From NCBI GenBank assembly GCA_044352465.1, contig JBILDU010000016.1:1-37703 (forward strand): a stretch of DNA of 37,703 nucleotides. The letters run 5' to 3'. The DNA is from Bdellovibrionota bacterium (GTDB lineage: Bacteria > Bdellovibrionota_C > UBA2361). The position numbers and the translations under genes are program-made. Each line of letters starts with the position of its first letter. Positions within the stretch are counted from its first letter, which is position 1. The notes beneath the pieces were generated by a model, which was not told the DNA's origin, did no database searches, and saw nothing but the letters and a program-made list of their open reading frames with translations. Of the stretch, positions 20,021 through 28,926 are shown in pieces.

Positions 20021-20560
20021 ATGGTATCACTCGACGACATTAACGAGATCTTCGAACGAATCACTGAACGCTACGAAGATCCGGTCTCGATCGGTGGCCG
20101 TTGCGAGAGCAATGTCTACTACCGCGTTGAATCGCTCACAGAGAGCGACCTTAATACGTGCGCCGAATACGTAGCCCAACGGATTAAGAACGTGGTCACC
20201 CCGAACTCTCCGCAGCTCTTCCTCAAGCTCCCGGGAGGTTACAGCTTTTTCGCTGAACGGCTGTGCGCGATCTTCTACGAGCTCGGCTTTAGTCGGCACG
20301 AGGTTCCCCTGGAGCAATATCTTGAGAGCAAGCTCTCGAACGGACACGGGGAGAAGTACCGGGGCAAGAATGCAATCTTGGTAACCGACGTTATCACCAC
20401 AGCTCGGTCAAGTCTGGAGGCTCACACAAAGGCAACCCTGCGCAACATACCGGTGCTCTGCTGGGCGACCCTTATTGATCGCACCTTCGGGCCAGGTCCG
20501 GTACCGGTTGTATCGGCCTTCACCGGAGCTCCGGTTCGGGTACTTACCCAAGTGGGATAG
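20021..20560 (+). CDS. Type I phosphoribosyltransferase-fold protein (PyrE-like, degenerate PRPP loop)
   Basis: SNVYY, GKNAILVTDVITTARS (vs VxxDDVxTTGxS), LIDR, as in orotate PRTases. Confidence 0.75.
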   Translation: MVSLDDINEIFERITERYEDPVSIGGRCESNVYYRVESLTESDLNTCAEYVAQRIKNVVTPNSPQLFLKLPGGYSFFAERLCAIFYELGFSRHEVPLEQYLESKLSNGHGEKYRGKNAILVTDVITTARSSLEAHTKATLRNIPVLCWATLIDRTFGPGPVPVVSAFTGAPVRVLTQVG

Positions 20561-20672
20561 GCAGAGCTAACTCTATCATCGCTTTATAGTTACAGAGTAA
20601 AGATTCAGGCCAAGCCAACGACGTCGATCTCCCCACTGAGTTAACCACTTTCCTTTGGGGTAGACGTCTCCT

Positions 20673-20717
20673 TGGTAGTTCACCGGGTGGTAGTTCACCG
20701 GGTGGTAGTTCACCGGG
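20673..20717. repeat. Perfect tandem repeat, 3 x 15 bp
   Basis: TGGTAGTTCACCGGG three times with no spacers, between convergent genes. Confidence 0.95.
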
Positions 20718-20808
20718 AGTAACTCGACGTAGGGACCGTGCTGGCGACAGAATCGTTCCCGCGCAAACAAGCGAGCGCGACCAAAGCTCGTCTTTTCTCG
20801 AATTAATC

Positions 20809-21222
20809 TTACGCGACCGGCCCGAGCTGCTCATCCCGCACGAGGAGATCGGCGCAATCCTCCAGGAGCCACGCCAAGCGCTGTTCCGACCCCTCAACCT
20901 CAGCGAGAAGCGAAGCGGCCTGGTAAATGAGAATTTGCGCACGCTGCTTGTACCGCGCATCCCGCTCGCTTGACCCAGGGAAAACCATCACCCGCGCCTC
21001 GTTGTGCCGCTCGACCTTAACGAGCTTACGGATATCGGCTTCGAGACTATCGTCGAGGGTGTTGCCCTTGGTCGAGACCACCCCAGCCGTGACTCGCGGA
21101 GCGGATTTAAGCGAGGTGCTTGCCACACGATGGGAGCGCTGCCGCACAGAGGAGTGGAGCGCAGAGCCCTTAAGAACAGAGCTTTTGACCACAGCAGTTT
21201 TGAGTTGAAGCACTTTTCCCAT
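20809..21222 (-). CDS. Hypothetical protein
   Basis: AGGGAAG upstream of ATG; low-complexity N-terminus (MGKVLQL), helical C-terminus. Confidence 0.7.
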   Translation of the reverse strand: MGKVLQLKTAVVKSSVLKGSALHSSVRQRSHRVASTSLKSAPRVTAGVVSTKGNTLDDSLEADIRKLVKVERHNEARVMVFPGSSERDARYKQRAQILIYQAASLLAEVEGSEQRLAWLLEDCADLLVRDEQLGPVA

Positions 21223-21754
21223 ACTTCCCTTTCAGTTGCGGTGCTTTTACAGCCTTGCTTCGTCAGAGTTCGCTTGTGAGCGTTACTTCAGTAACCAGTC
21301 TCACGACACCGCTGTAGTGAAAACGAGGCGGCTTCGTCAGCATGCCCCAAGCCCAAACGGCCTCTCACCCGAACATCTTATCAACCGAGCCGTAAGAGTC
21401 CGCGCCGCGTCGTTTTTCTCTTTTCCATCCGATTTCCCCGTAGCACGCGTCTTTTGATGAGACGCCCCGAGGCGAACGTTGACTTTTAGCGCGGTCACCA
21501 GGTTTAACCGAATTAAAGTTCGGACGCAAGCGAAAAAGACATTCCGGTTCGATCAACGGACCCTCGCTCACTGAAAAACACAAACGGATAGCCCCAACCG
21601 ACCGGAGGAGACGCTTAGGCGTAGCGCGGACGGCTCGTGGAATTTCCAAAACTTTTCTTCACTCGCGCGGCCTCTTGGCACGGGGCGCTCGATCAGAGGA
21701 AGTCGATGCGAAGCCGCAACCCGCATGAAAAAACCTACGGGAGGGCCACCCGCT

Positions 21755-22312
21755 CTATTTCCGTAGGGGAATTATTTTTGCCCCCACTCGGATGGGCTGA
21801 CCAGCGAATAGATCGGGCGCGTCAGGCTGATCTTGATCATCCCGGAGCGCATCGTCGTTGGAGAGTTCGATCGTTGGATGGGAGAGGCGACTCCGCTTGA
21901 CCACATCTTGAAGCTCGTGGTGGGCCGCTTGGGCCGCCTGTTCACGTGCCTTCAAAACGACCAGCTCCCGACTCAAATGGGCCGCCTTGATGAAATCTCC
22001 ATGCTCCGAGACAGCGATCAACTCCTGCTGCTTCACCCGGAGATCCGACTCGACTCGACGCCAATCGCCGTAGAAACGATCCCGCAGCGCCAGGATAGCA
22101 CCCGTTAAGGCGCGGGTATTCGGATTATCGACCGCCGCAGACAGCTCGCGAAGGAGGTCGGCGTTTACCTCGCGCCATTGGCCAACCTGAAGTTCCGCAA
22201 ACTCGCTCGGCTCAGCGCCATTGACCCGCCCCATCGTGGAGTAGAGCCTTAACGCTTTGCGGCTCTTTTGGACGAGGAGTGCTACACGGGAACGAAGGGT
22301 CTCATTTTCCAT
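21755..22312 (-). CDS. Helical/coiled-coil hypothetical protein
   Basis: Likely start MENETLRSRV; amphipathic helices; ends AKIIPLRK. Confidence 0.75.
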   Translation of the reverse strand: MENETLRSRVALLVQKSRKALRLYSTMGRVNGAEPSEFAELQVGQWREVNADLLRELSAAVDNPNTRALTGAILALRDRFYGDWRRVESDLRVKQQELIAVSEHGDFIKAAHLSRELVVLKAREQAAQAAHHELQDVVKRSRLSHPTIELSNDDALRDDQDQPDAPDLFAGQPIRVGAKIIPLRK

Positions 22313-22570
22313 AGCCGACGATGATATCGCACCCCCGCACAATTGCAAACCAAACCGCAGAGCCAGCCACACCTGACACCGCCCAACATTAAACAGCCGA
22401 TCTAAAATAGAACAACGCATCACCAACGCCCGGTTGCGCGTTCTGCGCGAGAGGTGCTCTGGCCTCGTCGGTAAGCCGCCTCTCGGCAATTTCTCTCCAG
22501 CGAAAGGGGCAAATTGTGCCGCCGCCGATCCTCACCAGCTCGTATCAACGGCTTATCGAGTGCGCGCACT

Positions 22571-22586
22571 TGGCACGAACGTTGCT
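22571..22586 (+). promoter_or_regulatory. Sigma54 (-24/-12) promoter
   Basis: TGGCACG-AACG-TTGCT is an exact match to the TGGCACG-N4-TTGCW consensus, in an intergenic region. Confidence 0.8.
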
Positions 22587-22596
22587 CTTTTGTCCC

Positions 22597-22846
22597 AATG
22601 AGAGAACATCGGTGGTGAAAGAGCTTGGGAGTCCTCCTTTACCACACATAAAAGAGACATCGTCCCCCCAAGCGATGGATCTCACCGATGGGCGAAAGGT
22701 ATCGGCTGGAGGAACCTCGGTTGCGCGATCGAGGGCCACTAGCGAGCAACCATCGCGAGGTTGCTCGATTGAGCTAACGGTGATTAAGCGAGATCAGCGG
22801 GCTCTTTCCTATACTGCCGACCGGGAAACCGGTCGGCTTTTTTTTT
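22597..22846 (+). ncRNA. Candidate ~250-nt structured small RNA
   Basis: Bounded by the sigma54 promoter and a strong terminator; several stems; no credible ORF. 5' end inferred. Confidence 0.6.
22816..22846 (+). terminator. Rho-independent terminator
   Basis: GCCGACCGG-GAAA-CCGGTCGGC followed by T9. Confidence 0.95.
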
Positions 22847-23058
22847 GCCGATTGAATCGTCCGGGTCGATAGTGTTAGCTACTAGCCGGTCCGTTACGTT
22901 TTTTGACCTGCCAGAGGTTTCGTAGCCGGGAGACGAGCGCGGCCGGAACGGCTGCGCAGATACCGGAGCGAAGCGGAGGGATCTGGCTTCGGCCGACTCT
23001 TGAGCGAGCTCAGCCGAATGGAACCCGTAGGCACACCCGATTAAACGAGCGCCCCGCG

Positions 23059-23967
23059 ATGCCCGCACCGGCACTGAGGAATGTATTGCAAGGGAGACCA
23101 GACGCCGTGTTTCGTCGTCGGGCTACTCATCGGCTTCATCAGCTTTCTGCCCCGAGAGGCTGGCGACCTGCGTGGGTCGGATACCTCGTTTGGTGCGCCG
23201 CGTTGATATCCACCCCGTATGCCTACGGCGAGCCGACAATACGGTGGCAAACGATCGCGCCCGATCTTGAAACTACAACGGTGAGCGCTGGCCCTTTGGC
23301 AGCGAGCCTGGTCGTCGTACGGTCATCTTTACAGCGCTTCCGAGTCGGGATTGTCGAGGCGAGCACCTACGGGTCCCCCCGCGCCTCGGTCCGCCGACTC
23401 GTCGAAGCAAGCGGTGCGGCGCTCGGCATCAATGCGAACTTCTTCGATACAGAGGGGCGTGCACTCGGACTCGTCGTCCGCGAAGGATCGGTGCGGCAAA
23501 GATTGCACGGTGGCGGTCGAACCATCACGGGAGTTTTCGCCGTCGATGCAAACGGTCCGAAGATCGAAGGACGGATCGCCTATGCTCCTCACGGTGTGAT
23601 CTCTGCAGTTCAGGCGGGGCCAAGACTCGTCATCAAAGGTGCCCCCGTTACCACGCTCAGCACCTCCGGCGTCTCTTCCCGTCGCGCTGGGGTCTGTATC
23701 GATCAGAAAGGCCGCACTCTCTTTTTTGTTGTCTCCTCAGCGCTGTGGGGGCTCACATTACAGCAACTACAGGAGCTCCTCATTGCGCCAGGGCTCGACT
23801 GTCGCGAGGCACTTAACCTCGATGGCGGGGGGTCCGCCCAACTTTCGGTTGTGCCCGCTCACATCCCCGGTGGACTTAAAACGGCTGAAATCTTCATCCC
23901 GGGTGCGGACGAAGTCCCCGTAATGATCGGCCTCTTCCCCCTGAAGCCCGAGGGAACCTCTCAATGA
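23059..23967 (+). CDS. Phosphodiester glycosidase family protein (NAGPA/DUF2233-like)
   Basis: GINANFF, QAGPRLV, RRAGVCI, ALNLDGGGSAQ motifs; hydrophobic N-terminal segment; start uncertain. Confidence 0.88.
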   Translation: MPAPALRNVLQGRPDAVFRRRATHRLHQLSAPRGWRPAWVGYLVWCAALISTPYAYGEPTIRWQTIAPDLETTTVSAGPLAASLVVVRSSLQRFRVGIVEASTYGSPRASVRRLVEASGAALGINANFFDTEGRALGLVVREGSVRQRLHGGGRTITGVFAVDANGPKIEGRIAYAPHGVISAVQAGPRLVIKGAPVTTLSTSGVSSRRAGVCIDQKGRTLFFVVSSALWGLTLQQLQELLIAPGLDCREALNLDGGGSAQLSVVPAHIPGGLKTAEIFIPGADEVPVMIGLFPLKPEGTSQ

Positions 23968-24092
23968 TTTTAGCTTTTTCTAAGAGCTCGTAGCCCTCAG
24001 GACCATGCGCTCCCCCACCTAAGCCCGGTGCGGTAGATTAAACTTCCCGACTGAGCTACAATGGACTTAAAGTAACCGCCACAAATAGTGCA

Positions 24093-24122
24093 TTGACAGG
24101 GAGCGATCCCTCGACGTACTTT
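24093..24122 (+). promoter_or_regulatory. Sigma70-like promoter with a dyad in the spacer
   Basis: TTGACA-18 bp-TACTTT; AGGGA-GCGA-TCCCT inverted repeat at 24098-24111. Confidence 0.6.
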
Positions 24123-24324
24123 TTATTAACGATTCTCGGAGGTTTTCAGGTAAGTCCGCACAACAAGTGAAGGCTTACCTTGGTGGTTTAATCGCCGTCG
24201 ATTTAACAGCTCCGGTTTAGTCGTTGTATCGGGCGGTCGATTTCTCGTCATTCAGCGCACGACTCGACAAGAGGTGCGACGAGGAGGCTCTCGGTAGTTT
24301 TAAGTGTGGTAGCAAGAGAGGATC

Positions 24325-24816
24325 ATGACCGTTCACATTCTTGATCGAGAGTTTACGGCGAAAGAGGTGCAGAACATCTTGCGCAGCCTCACGGGCGGAG
24401 ATGAAAAGATCGGACTCGCTCTGCTCAACTACTACGCTCGCACCAACCTGGTACCGACAACCGGGAGCACCCTGAGCCGCGGCCGCAAAAAGTACTCGTA
24501 TTCTGACCTCATCTTGTTGTGTTGGCTTTTCCGGATGAAACGCGAAGGGCTGCCGGTGAACCGCTTCCGTCGAGGTATCGACTACCTCAGAAAGCGGGTG
24601 CCGAAACTCCACAAGAATCCGACCGACATGGTGATGCTAACGGACGGTCGGCAACTGTTCATCAAGCACCGCATCCAAGAGAAGGGCCAGATCGCCGAGG
24701 TCATGACCGGCAAAAAGGCGGGTCAGTATGTGTGGGCGTACGCAATCGGCTCCCTCATTGAAGAGGTAGACCGTATTATCGATGCGCAGTCCGACAAGCA
24801 GGTGGCGGCGGCTTAA
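24325..24816 (+). CDS. MerR-like HTH DNA-binding protein
   Basis: GAGGA RBS; FTAKEV...LLNYYARTNLVP...GRKKYSYSDL...MKREGLPVNRFR MerR pattern; C-terminal LTDG motif. Confidence 0.8.
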   Translation: MTVHILDREFTAKEVQNILRSLTGGDEKIGLALLNYYARTNLVPTTGSTLSRGRKKYSYSDLILLCWLFRMKREGLPVNRFRRGIDYLRKRVPKLHKNPTDMVMLTDGRQLFIKHRIQEKGQIAEVMTGKKAGQYVWAYAIGSLIEEVDRIIDAQSDKQVAAA

Positions 24817-24910
24817 GCCCCCGCCCAATCGAAGCTTCAGTTTGGCCGGGATTGCGCCTCAGCGCACCTTTTTCTAGACTGCTAGCCACACGATTCGACA
24901 AAAGGGACGT

Positions 24911-25078
24911 ATGCCGAACAGCTCAAGAAGCAGCACGATAAAGCAGATTTTTGCGCTCCTGATTGAGAAAAAGGCCTGGTGGCTTATTCCGATGATCTCA
25001 GTATTTCTTCTACTCGGAGTGATCGTCGTTGCGACTCAAGGGTCAGCCCTCTCTCCGTTTATTTACGCGCTATTCTAG
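24911..25078 (+). CDS. Small membrane protein, DUF5989/SxtK-like (55 aa)
   Basis: Manual translation MPNSSRSSTIKQIFALLIEKKAWWLIPMISVFLLLGVIVVATQGSALSPFIYALF; KKxWWLxP and SALxPFIYxLF are family hallmarks; below the ORF-track size cutoff. Confidence 0.85.
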   Translation: MPNSSRSSTIKQIFALLIEKKAWWLIPMISVFLLLGVIVVATQGSALSPFIYALF

Positions 25079-25150
25079 TATTCCGATTGAGTACTTCGAC
25101 AGAAGAGCTCTCTCGACCTGAGAACTAGCCCGGGAGTCGGAGTACGCGCA

Positions 25151-25531
25151 TCAAGAGGATCTGGGAGTCGGAGGGTCCGGGACAAAATCGCTGCGGGAAG
25201 ATGCCGCACCCGATTCACCACCGAGAAGTCGCCCTACATGGGTGTGCTTCGCCCGAAATTCACCATCGACGTGATAGAGAAAAGTGATGACTTCAGCCAC
25301 CAGACGATAGGTTTCCGGAGAGATCCGTGAGCCTACCGGTATCTGCGCCAACATATCGGCCAAGGTCGGGTCGCGACGTAACGGCATCCCACTCTCCCGC
25401 GCGAGCTCTATAATTGCTCGGGCTAGCTCCCCGGCACCGCTCGACACGATACGAGGCACAGCGTCGTTCTCGCCGTACTGGAGCGCTACCGCCCGCTCCC
25501 GACCACGCCCAGTCGCATCAGCTGCGCTCAT
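25151..25531 (-). CDS. Stand-alone FlhB/YscU C-terminal-domain protein (YlqH-like)
   Basis: AVALQY....VPRIVSSGAGELARAIIELARESGMP...LADML...ISPETYRLVAEVITFLY. Confidence 0.9.
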   Translation of the reverse strand: MSAADATGRGRERAVALQYGENDAVPRIVSSGAGELARAIIELARESGMPLRRDPTLADMLAQIPVGSRISPETYRLVAEVITFLYHVDGEFRAKHTHVGRLLGGESGAASSRSDFVPDPPTPRSS

Positions 25532-25985
25532 TTCCTTCACGCGCTCGAATCTTTAGAAGCTCACGGGGCAACCGCCACCCACCGGGCTTCGGCTGTTCCT
25601 CGCCCCCAAACAGAAGCGCATTGGAGCGCTCGTAATCGAAGAGGGCATCGATGAAATTTGTGGTTGCACGAGCCGCGTATTCGGCGACGAAATGATTGAT
25701 CGAACGGCTGGCGTGGGCGATGGCCCGATTGAGGTCGCGATCGACCGGCATCATGTTATCGCCGTTCTTGAGAAACACCTCACGAAATCGCTGCAAGAGA
25801 TCCTCCGCCGAGACGTCGTCGGCCCACTCCATCATCTCGATGATGCGGTGTGCCTTCGTGCGCTTGGATTCACGGAGAACAACGAAACGCGCAACAAACG
25901 CGGTACGCCGCGCCCGTATAAGATCATGAGAATCGACTGGAACTTTAAAACGTCCCTGACCGAGTGCCGCACCTAACTGCTCCAT
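25518..25985 (-). CDS. Hypothetical protein coupled to the FlhB-like gene
   Basis: AAGGT upstream of ATG; 155 aa; overlaps the downstream start. Confidence 0.8.
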   Translation of the reverse strand: MEQLGAALGQGRFKVPVDSHDLIRARRTAFVARFVVLRESKRTKAHRIIEMMEWADDVSAEDLLQRFREVFLKNGDNMMPVDRDLNRAIAHASRSINHFVAEYAARATTNFIDALFDYERSNALLFGGEEQPKPGGWRLPRELLKIRAREGNERS

Positions 25986-26354
25986 GACTGCTTTACCTTC
26001 TCAAACTATGCGGGGCGCGCATTTAACACCGGAGCGCCTGCAGAACCTCTCGAGGCACCCCCCTCATTGCGATACGATGAGCTTCTAGCGGTCGGGGCGG
26101 AACGACTATGCTCGGGCCTTGAGACGATTGTGGGCGGGACCCCCTCGAGGCACTATGAAAATCATCGACAGTTCCACCGGCGAACTTTACCGCGAAGTTT
26201 ATCGGGATAACCTCGCGAGGTTTGCGTAGAGGTACTTTTTTATCGTTTACATTCAGAAGGTTACAACGACGAAGGCGATTGATAATTCCGGCCCTGTCAT
26301 GAATAATAAGAGCATCAGAGCGCGCCGTCCCAAGCCTCCCTGATAAGTGCCCGT

Positions 26355-27506
26355 ATGAGCGAATCCTCCATCACCAAGTTGTTTGACGACGTCAAATCCG
26401 GACGGCTGGCGATCCTGCAAGACGATGTTCAAGGGGTCGCTCGCGCGATCCTCGTAGCGCCGGCGCACGAAATCTCCGCGGATGAGGTCAACCGACTCAT
26501 CACCCTCTCCGGCGGAATCGTCTTTGCTGGACTGGCCCCCGAGCGGGCGGCGGCTTTTCTTCTCGATCCGATGGGACGCCCCCGCGTATCGGCCACCGAA
26601 CAGCCATGCAACTTCAGTGGACCTAATTTTTGTATCTCGGTTGAAGCACGGGAGGGAGTCACCACCGGAATCAGCGCCGCCGATCGCGCGGTGACGCTGC
26701 GTATACTGGGTGCTCCCGAGATACATCCCCGGAAACTAGTCCAACCCGGCCATATCTTCCCGGTAGAGGTTCGGGCAGGCGGGGTCTTGGTCAAAAACGC
26801 GCTCCCAGAAGGCGCAGTTGACATCGTATCACTCGCTGGCTTTACCGGCGCTGCCGCTTTTATCGATCTTCTCGACGATGCGGGGAACCTCATCCTCGGT
26901 GATAAGGTGGACGACTTTGCCCACAAGCATTCATTACCGCTTTTTCGCCTGAGCGAGCTCACCCGGTACAGGCTCGAAACAGAGAAGGTAGTCTACCGCG
27001 TTGCCGAGGCCAAACTCCCCACCAAACTCGCGGGGGAACTTCGCTCGATTATCTACAAATCAACTATCCACGGCGGGGAACACCTCGCCCTGGTGAAGGG
27101 GGATATCGATCCGACGGTCCCCCTCCTGACCAGAGTCCAACCTGAAAACACCTTCGCAGACGTATTCGGAGGAGACTCTCCTGCTTCGCGGGAGCAGCTC
27201 CAGCGCTGCTTGGAGGAGATCGGTCGGCGGGGCCACGGCGTCATCGTATACTTGCGCCGACCGTCCTCGGGAGAGCTCCACCACCAAATCGACACGGCCA
27301 CTCAGCAGAGCCCGCCCGGAAAAGCGCTCATGCGGGAGTATGGACTCGGTGCCCAGATCTTACGCGACCTCGGGGCTCGCAAGATCGAGCTCCTGACGGG
27401 CACTAAAAAAGATCTCGTGGGGCTTCAATCTTTCGGACTCGAGATCGTCTCGCAGACCCCTCTTCCCAGCTCAACTCCGCCCCCATCTTCGGAGCAACGC
27501 CCATGA
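26355..27506 (+). CDS. RibBA-like fusion (DHBP synthase + GTP cyclohydrolase II folds) with degenerate catalytic motifs
   Basis: FCISVEAREGVTTGISAADRAVT, PGHIFP, EHLALVKG, REYGLGAQILRDLG, FGLEIV; canonical ENEGD, GHTE and Zn-Cys motifs absent. Confidence 0.92.
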   Translation: MSESSITKLFDDVKSGRLAILQDDVQGVARAILVAPAHEISADEVNRLITLSGGIVFAGLAPERAAAFLLDPMGRPRVSATEQPCNFSGPNFCISVEAREGVTTGISAADRAVTLRILGAPEIHPRKLVQPGHIFPVEVRAGGVLVKNALPEGAVDIVSLAGFTGAAAFIDLLDDAGNLILGDKVDDFAHKHSLPLFRLSELTRYRLETEKVVYRVAEAKLPTKLAGELRSIIYKSTIHGGEHLALVKGDIDPTVPLLTRVQPENTFADVFGGDSPASREQLQRCLEEIGRRGHGVIVYLRRPSSGELHHQIDTATQQSPPGKALMREYGLGAQILRDLGARKIELLTGTKKDLVGLQSFGLEIVSQTPLPSSTPPPSSEQRP

Positions 27507-28771
27507 CCACCATTACGTTCGCCGATGTCGTTCACCAGTCGATCGCTTTCTCAACGGCAGTTCCCTCACAAGCGCTCGCCCTAGAGATTCTCGACAATCG
27601 GTGGTTTCAACGGCTGCGCGACATCAGCCAGACAGCGAATACCCGCCTCGTGTACATGTTCTCAGAGCACTCCCGCTTCGGGCACTGTTTGGGTGTCGCT
27701 TACCTCGCTGAGAGTCTCCTGGAGAAGCTCTCGCACCAGCGTCCACGCGAGGTGGCTGAATATCGCGCTGCGATCGTCGCGGCGGCGATGCTGCACGACA
27801 TCGGCCATCTGGCGCCGGGGTCGCATACCGCGTTTAAGACCTGGTTCCCCGGCCAACCGGATGAACACGAGTTGATGGCGAGCAAGATCCTCCGCGGGGA
27901 TGCCGAACTCCTCAGCATCCTCAGAAAGTACGGGGCCGATCTCCCGGCAGCAGTTGAGGCGATCCTGCGCGAGGATCCAGCTCTCCCCCCGTGGACCTGG
28001 CAGATTATTTCAGGTGGTGGCTGGAACGTTGACCGGGGGAACTGGTGCATGGTCGACAGCATCCTGGCCGGGGTGAGTTACGGCGAATACAACATCCCAG
28101 CGCTTACCGATTCGATCGTCATCACTGATTCGGGACACCTTGCGGTGCGGGAGAATCGCCTCGATGCGATGATGCACTTCGCCGTCTCTCGTCATGCGAT
28201 GTATCGACAGATCTATCAACACCGCGCCATCTTGGCGGTCGACACCCTCAACGTGGCCATCGCGCGGCGTGCCCGCGATCTCGCAGAGGAGATTCCGTTC
28301 GCCGATGAAACGATGCGGGCGGTTCTCGCGGCGAAGACCCCTGACGCACTGACACCGGCGATCGTCTTCGCCATGAGAGAGTCTTGGTGGAAATATCATC
28401 TCTCACGTTGGCGAAGCGGTACCGATGCGATCCTCGCTGACCTGTCGGCCCGGTTGGTTGACCGACAGCTTTTTAAAACGGTACGGGTGCGCGACGATGA
28501 GAATCCCGCCGAGTTACGGGAACGGGCCGCGCAGGCGGTAGTGGCGGCCGGGTACGACCCGCGTTACTACCTCGGGGAGCTCTCCACTGAGGACATGCAC
28601 GCGGGCGACTCCCGTCAGTCGATGCTGATCCTGAAAGATGATGGATTCATTAAACCCCTTACTGAGGCTGACCCTCTTTTTAAGGCGATGGTCTCCTCGT
28701 CCCATGCCGGAGATAAAACCTGGCTCTCACTGCCGAAAGAGGCGAAGGAGCGGCTCGGTCGCGAGAGATAA
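27503..28771 (+). CDS. HD-domain phosphohydrolase (YdhJ/SAMHD1-like dNTPase family)
   Basis: FQRLRDISQ, HSRFGHCLGV, MLHDIGH, HE, VDR, RHAMYRQIYQH; ATGA overlap with the ribBA-like gene. Confidence 0.92.
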   Translation: MTTITFADVVHQSIAFSTAVPSQALALEILDNRWFQRLRDISQTANTRLVYMFSEHSRFGHCLGVAYLAESLLEKLSHQRPREVAEYRAAIVAAAMLHDIGHLAPGSHTAFKTWFPGQPDEHELMASKILRGDAELLSILRKYGADLPAAVEAILREDPALPPWTWQIISGGGWNVDRGNWCMVDSILAGVSYGEYNIPALTDSIVITDSGHLAVRENRLDAMMHFAVSRHAMYRQIYQHRAILAVDTLNVAIARRARDLAEEIPFADETMRAVLAAKTPDALTPAIVFAMRESWWKYHLSRWRSGTDAILADLSARLVDRQLFKTVRVRDDENPAELRERAAQAVVAAGYDPRYYLGELSTEDMHAGDSRQSMLILKDDGFIKPLTEADPLFKAMVSSSHAGDKTWLSLPKEAKERLGRER

Positions 28772-28926
28772 GCAACTTGTTGGGTTTGTTCCAGCCCCTT
28801 GAGGGGATCTCAGGAGCACATTGCCCGGAGTTGGCCCCATAACCGTCTATAGAGGCTCGTGTGAGGCGCGATGGGCGTTCCGTGACGGGCTCTCGAGCAT
28901 AAGGGGGGAACTTCTACGGAGGCCTT

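Noticed and set aside
20673..20717. Mini-CRISPR
   Set aside because: 15-bp units are contiguous with no spacers; no cas genes.
21236..21750. ORFs or an RNA gene in the 530-bp gap; TGGCACG at 21676 as a sigma54 promoter
   Set aside because: ORFs lack RBS and protein-like features; no recognisable RNA; the -12 TTGC element is missing at the required spacing.
22516..22872. 118-aa ORF across the sRNA candidate
   Set aside because: Starts upstream of the sigma54 promoter, runs through the terminator and has no recognisable features.
25151..25531. Evidence for a type III secretion or flagellar locus
   Set aside because: Only the isolated FlhB C-terminal-like domain is present, with no TM domain or other export genes.
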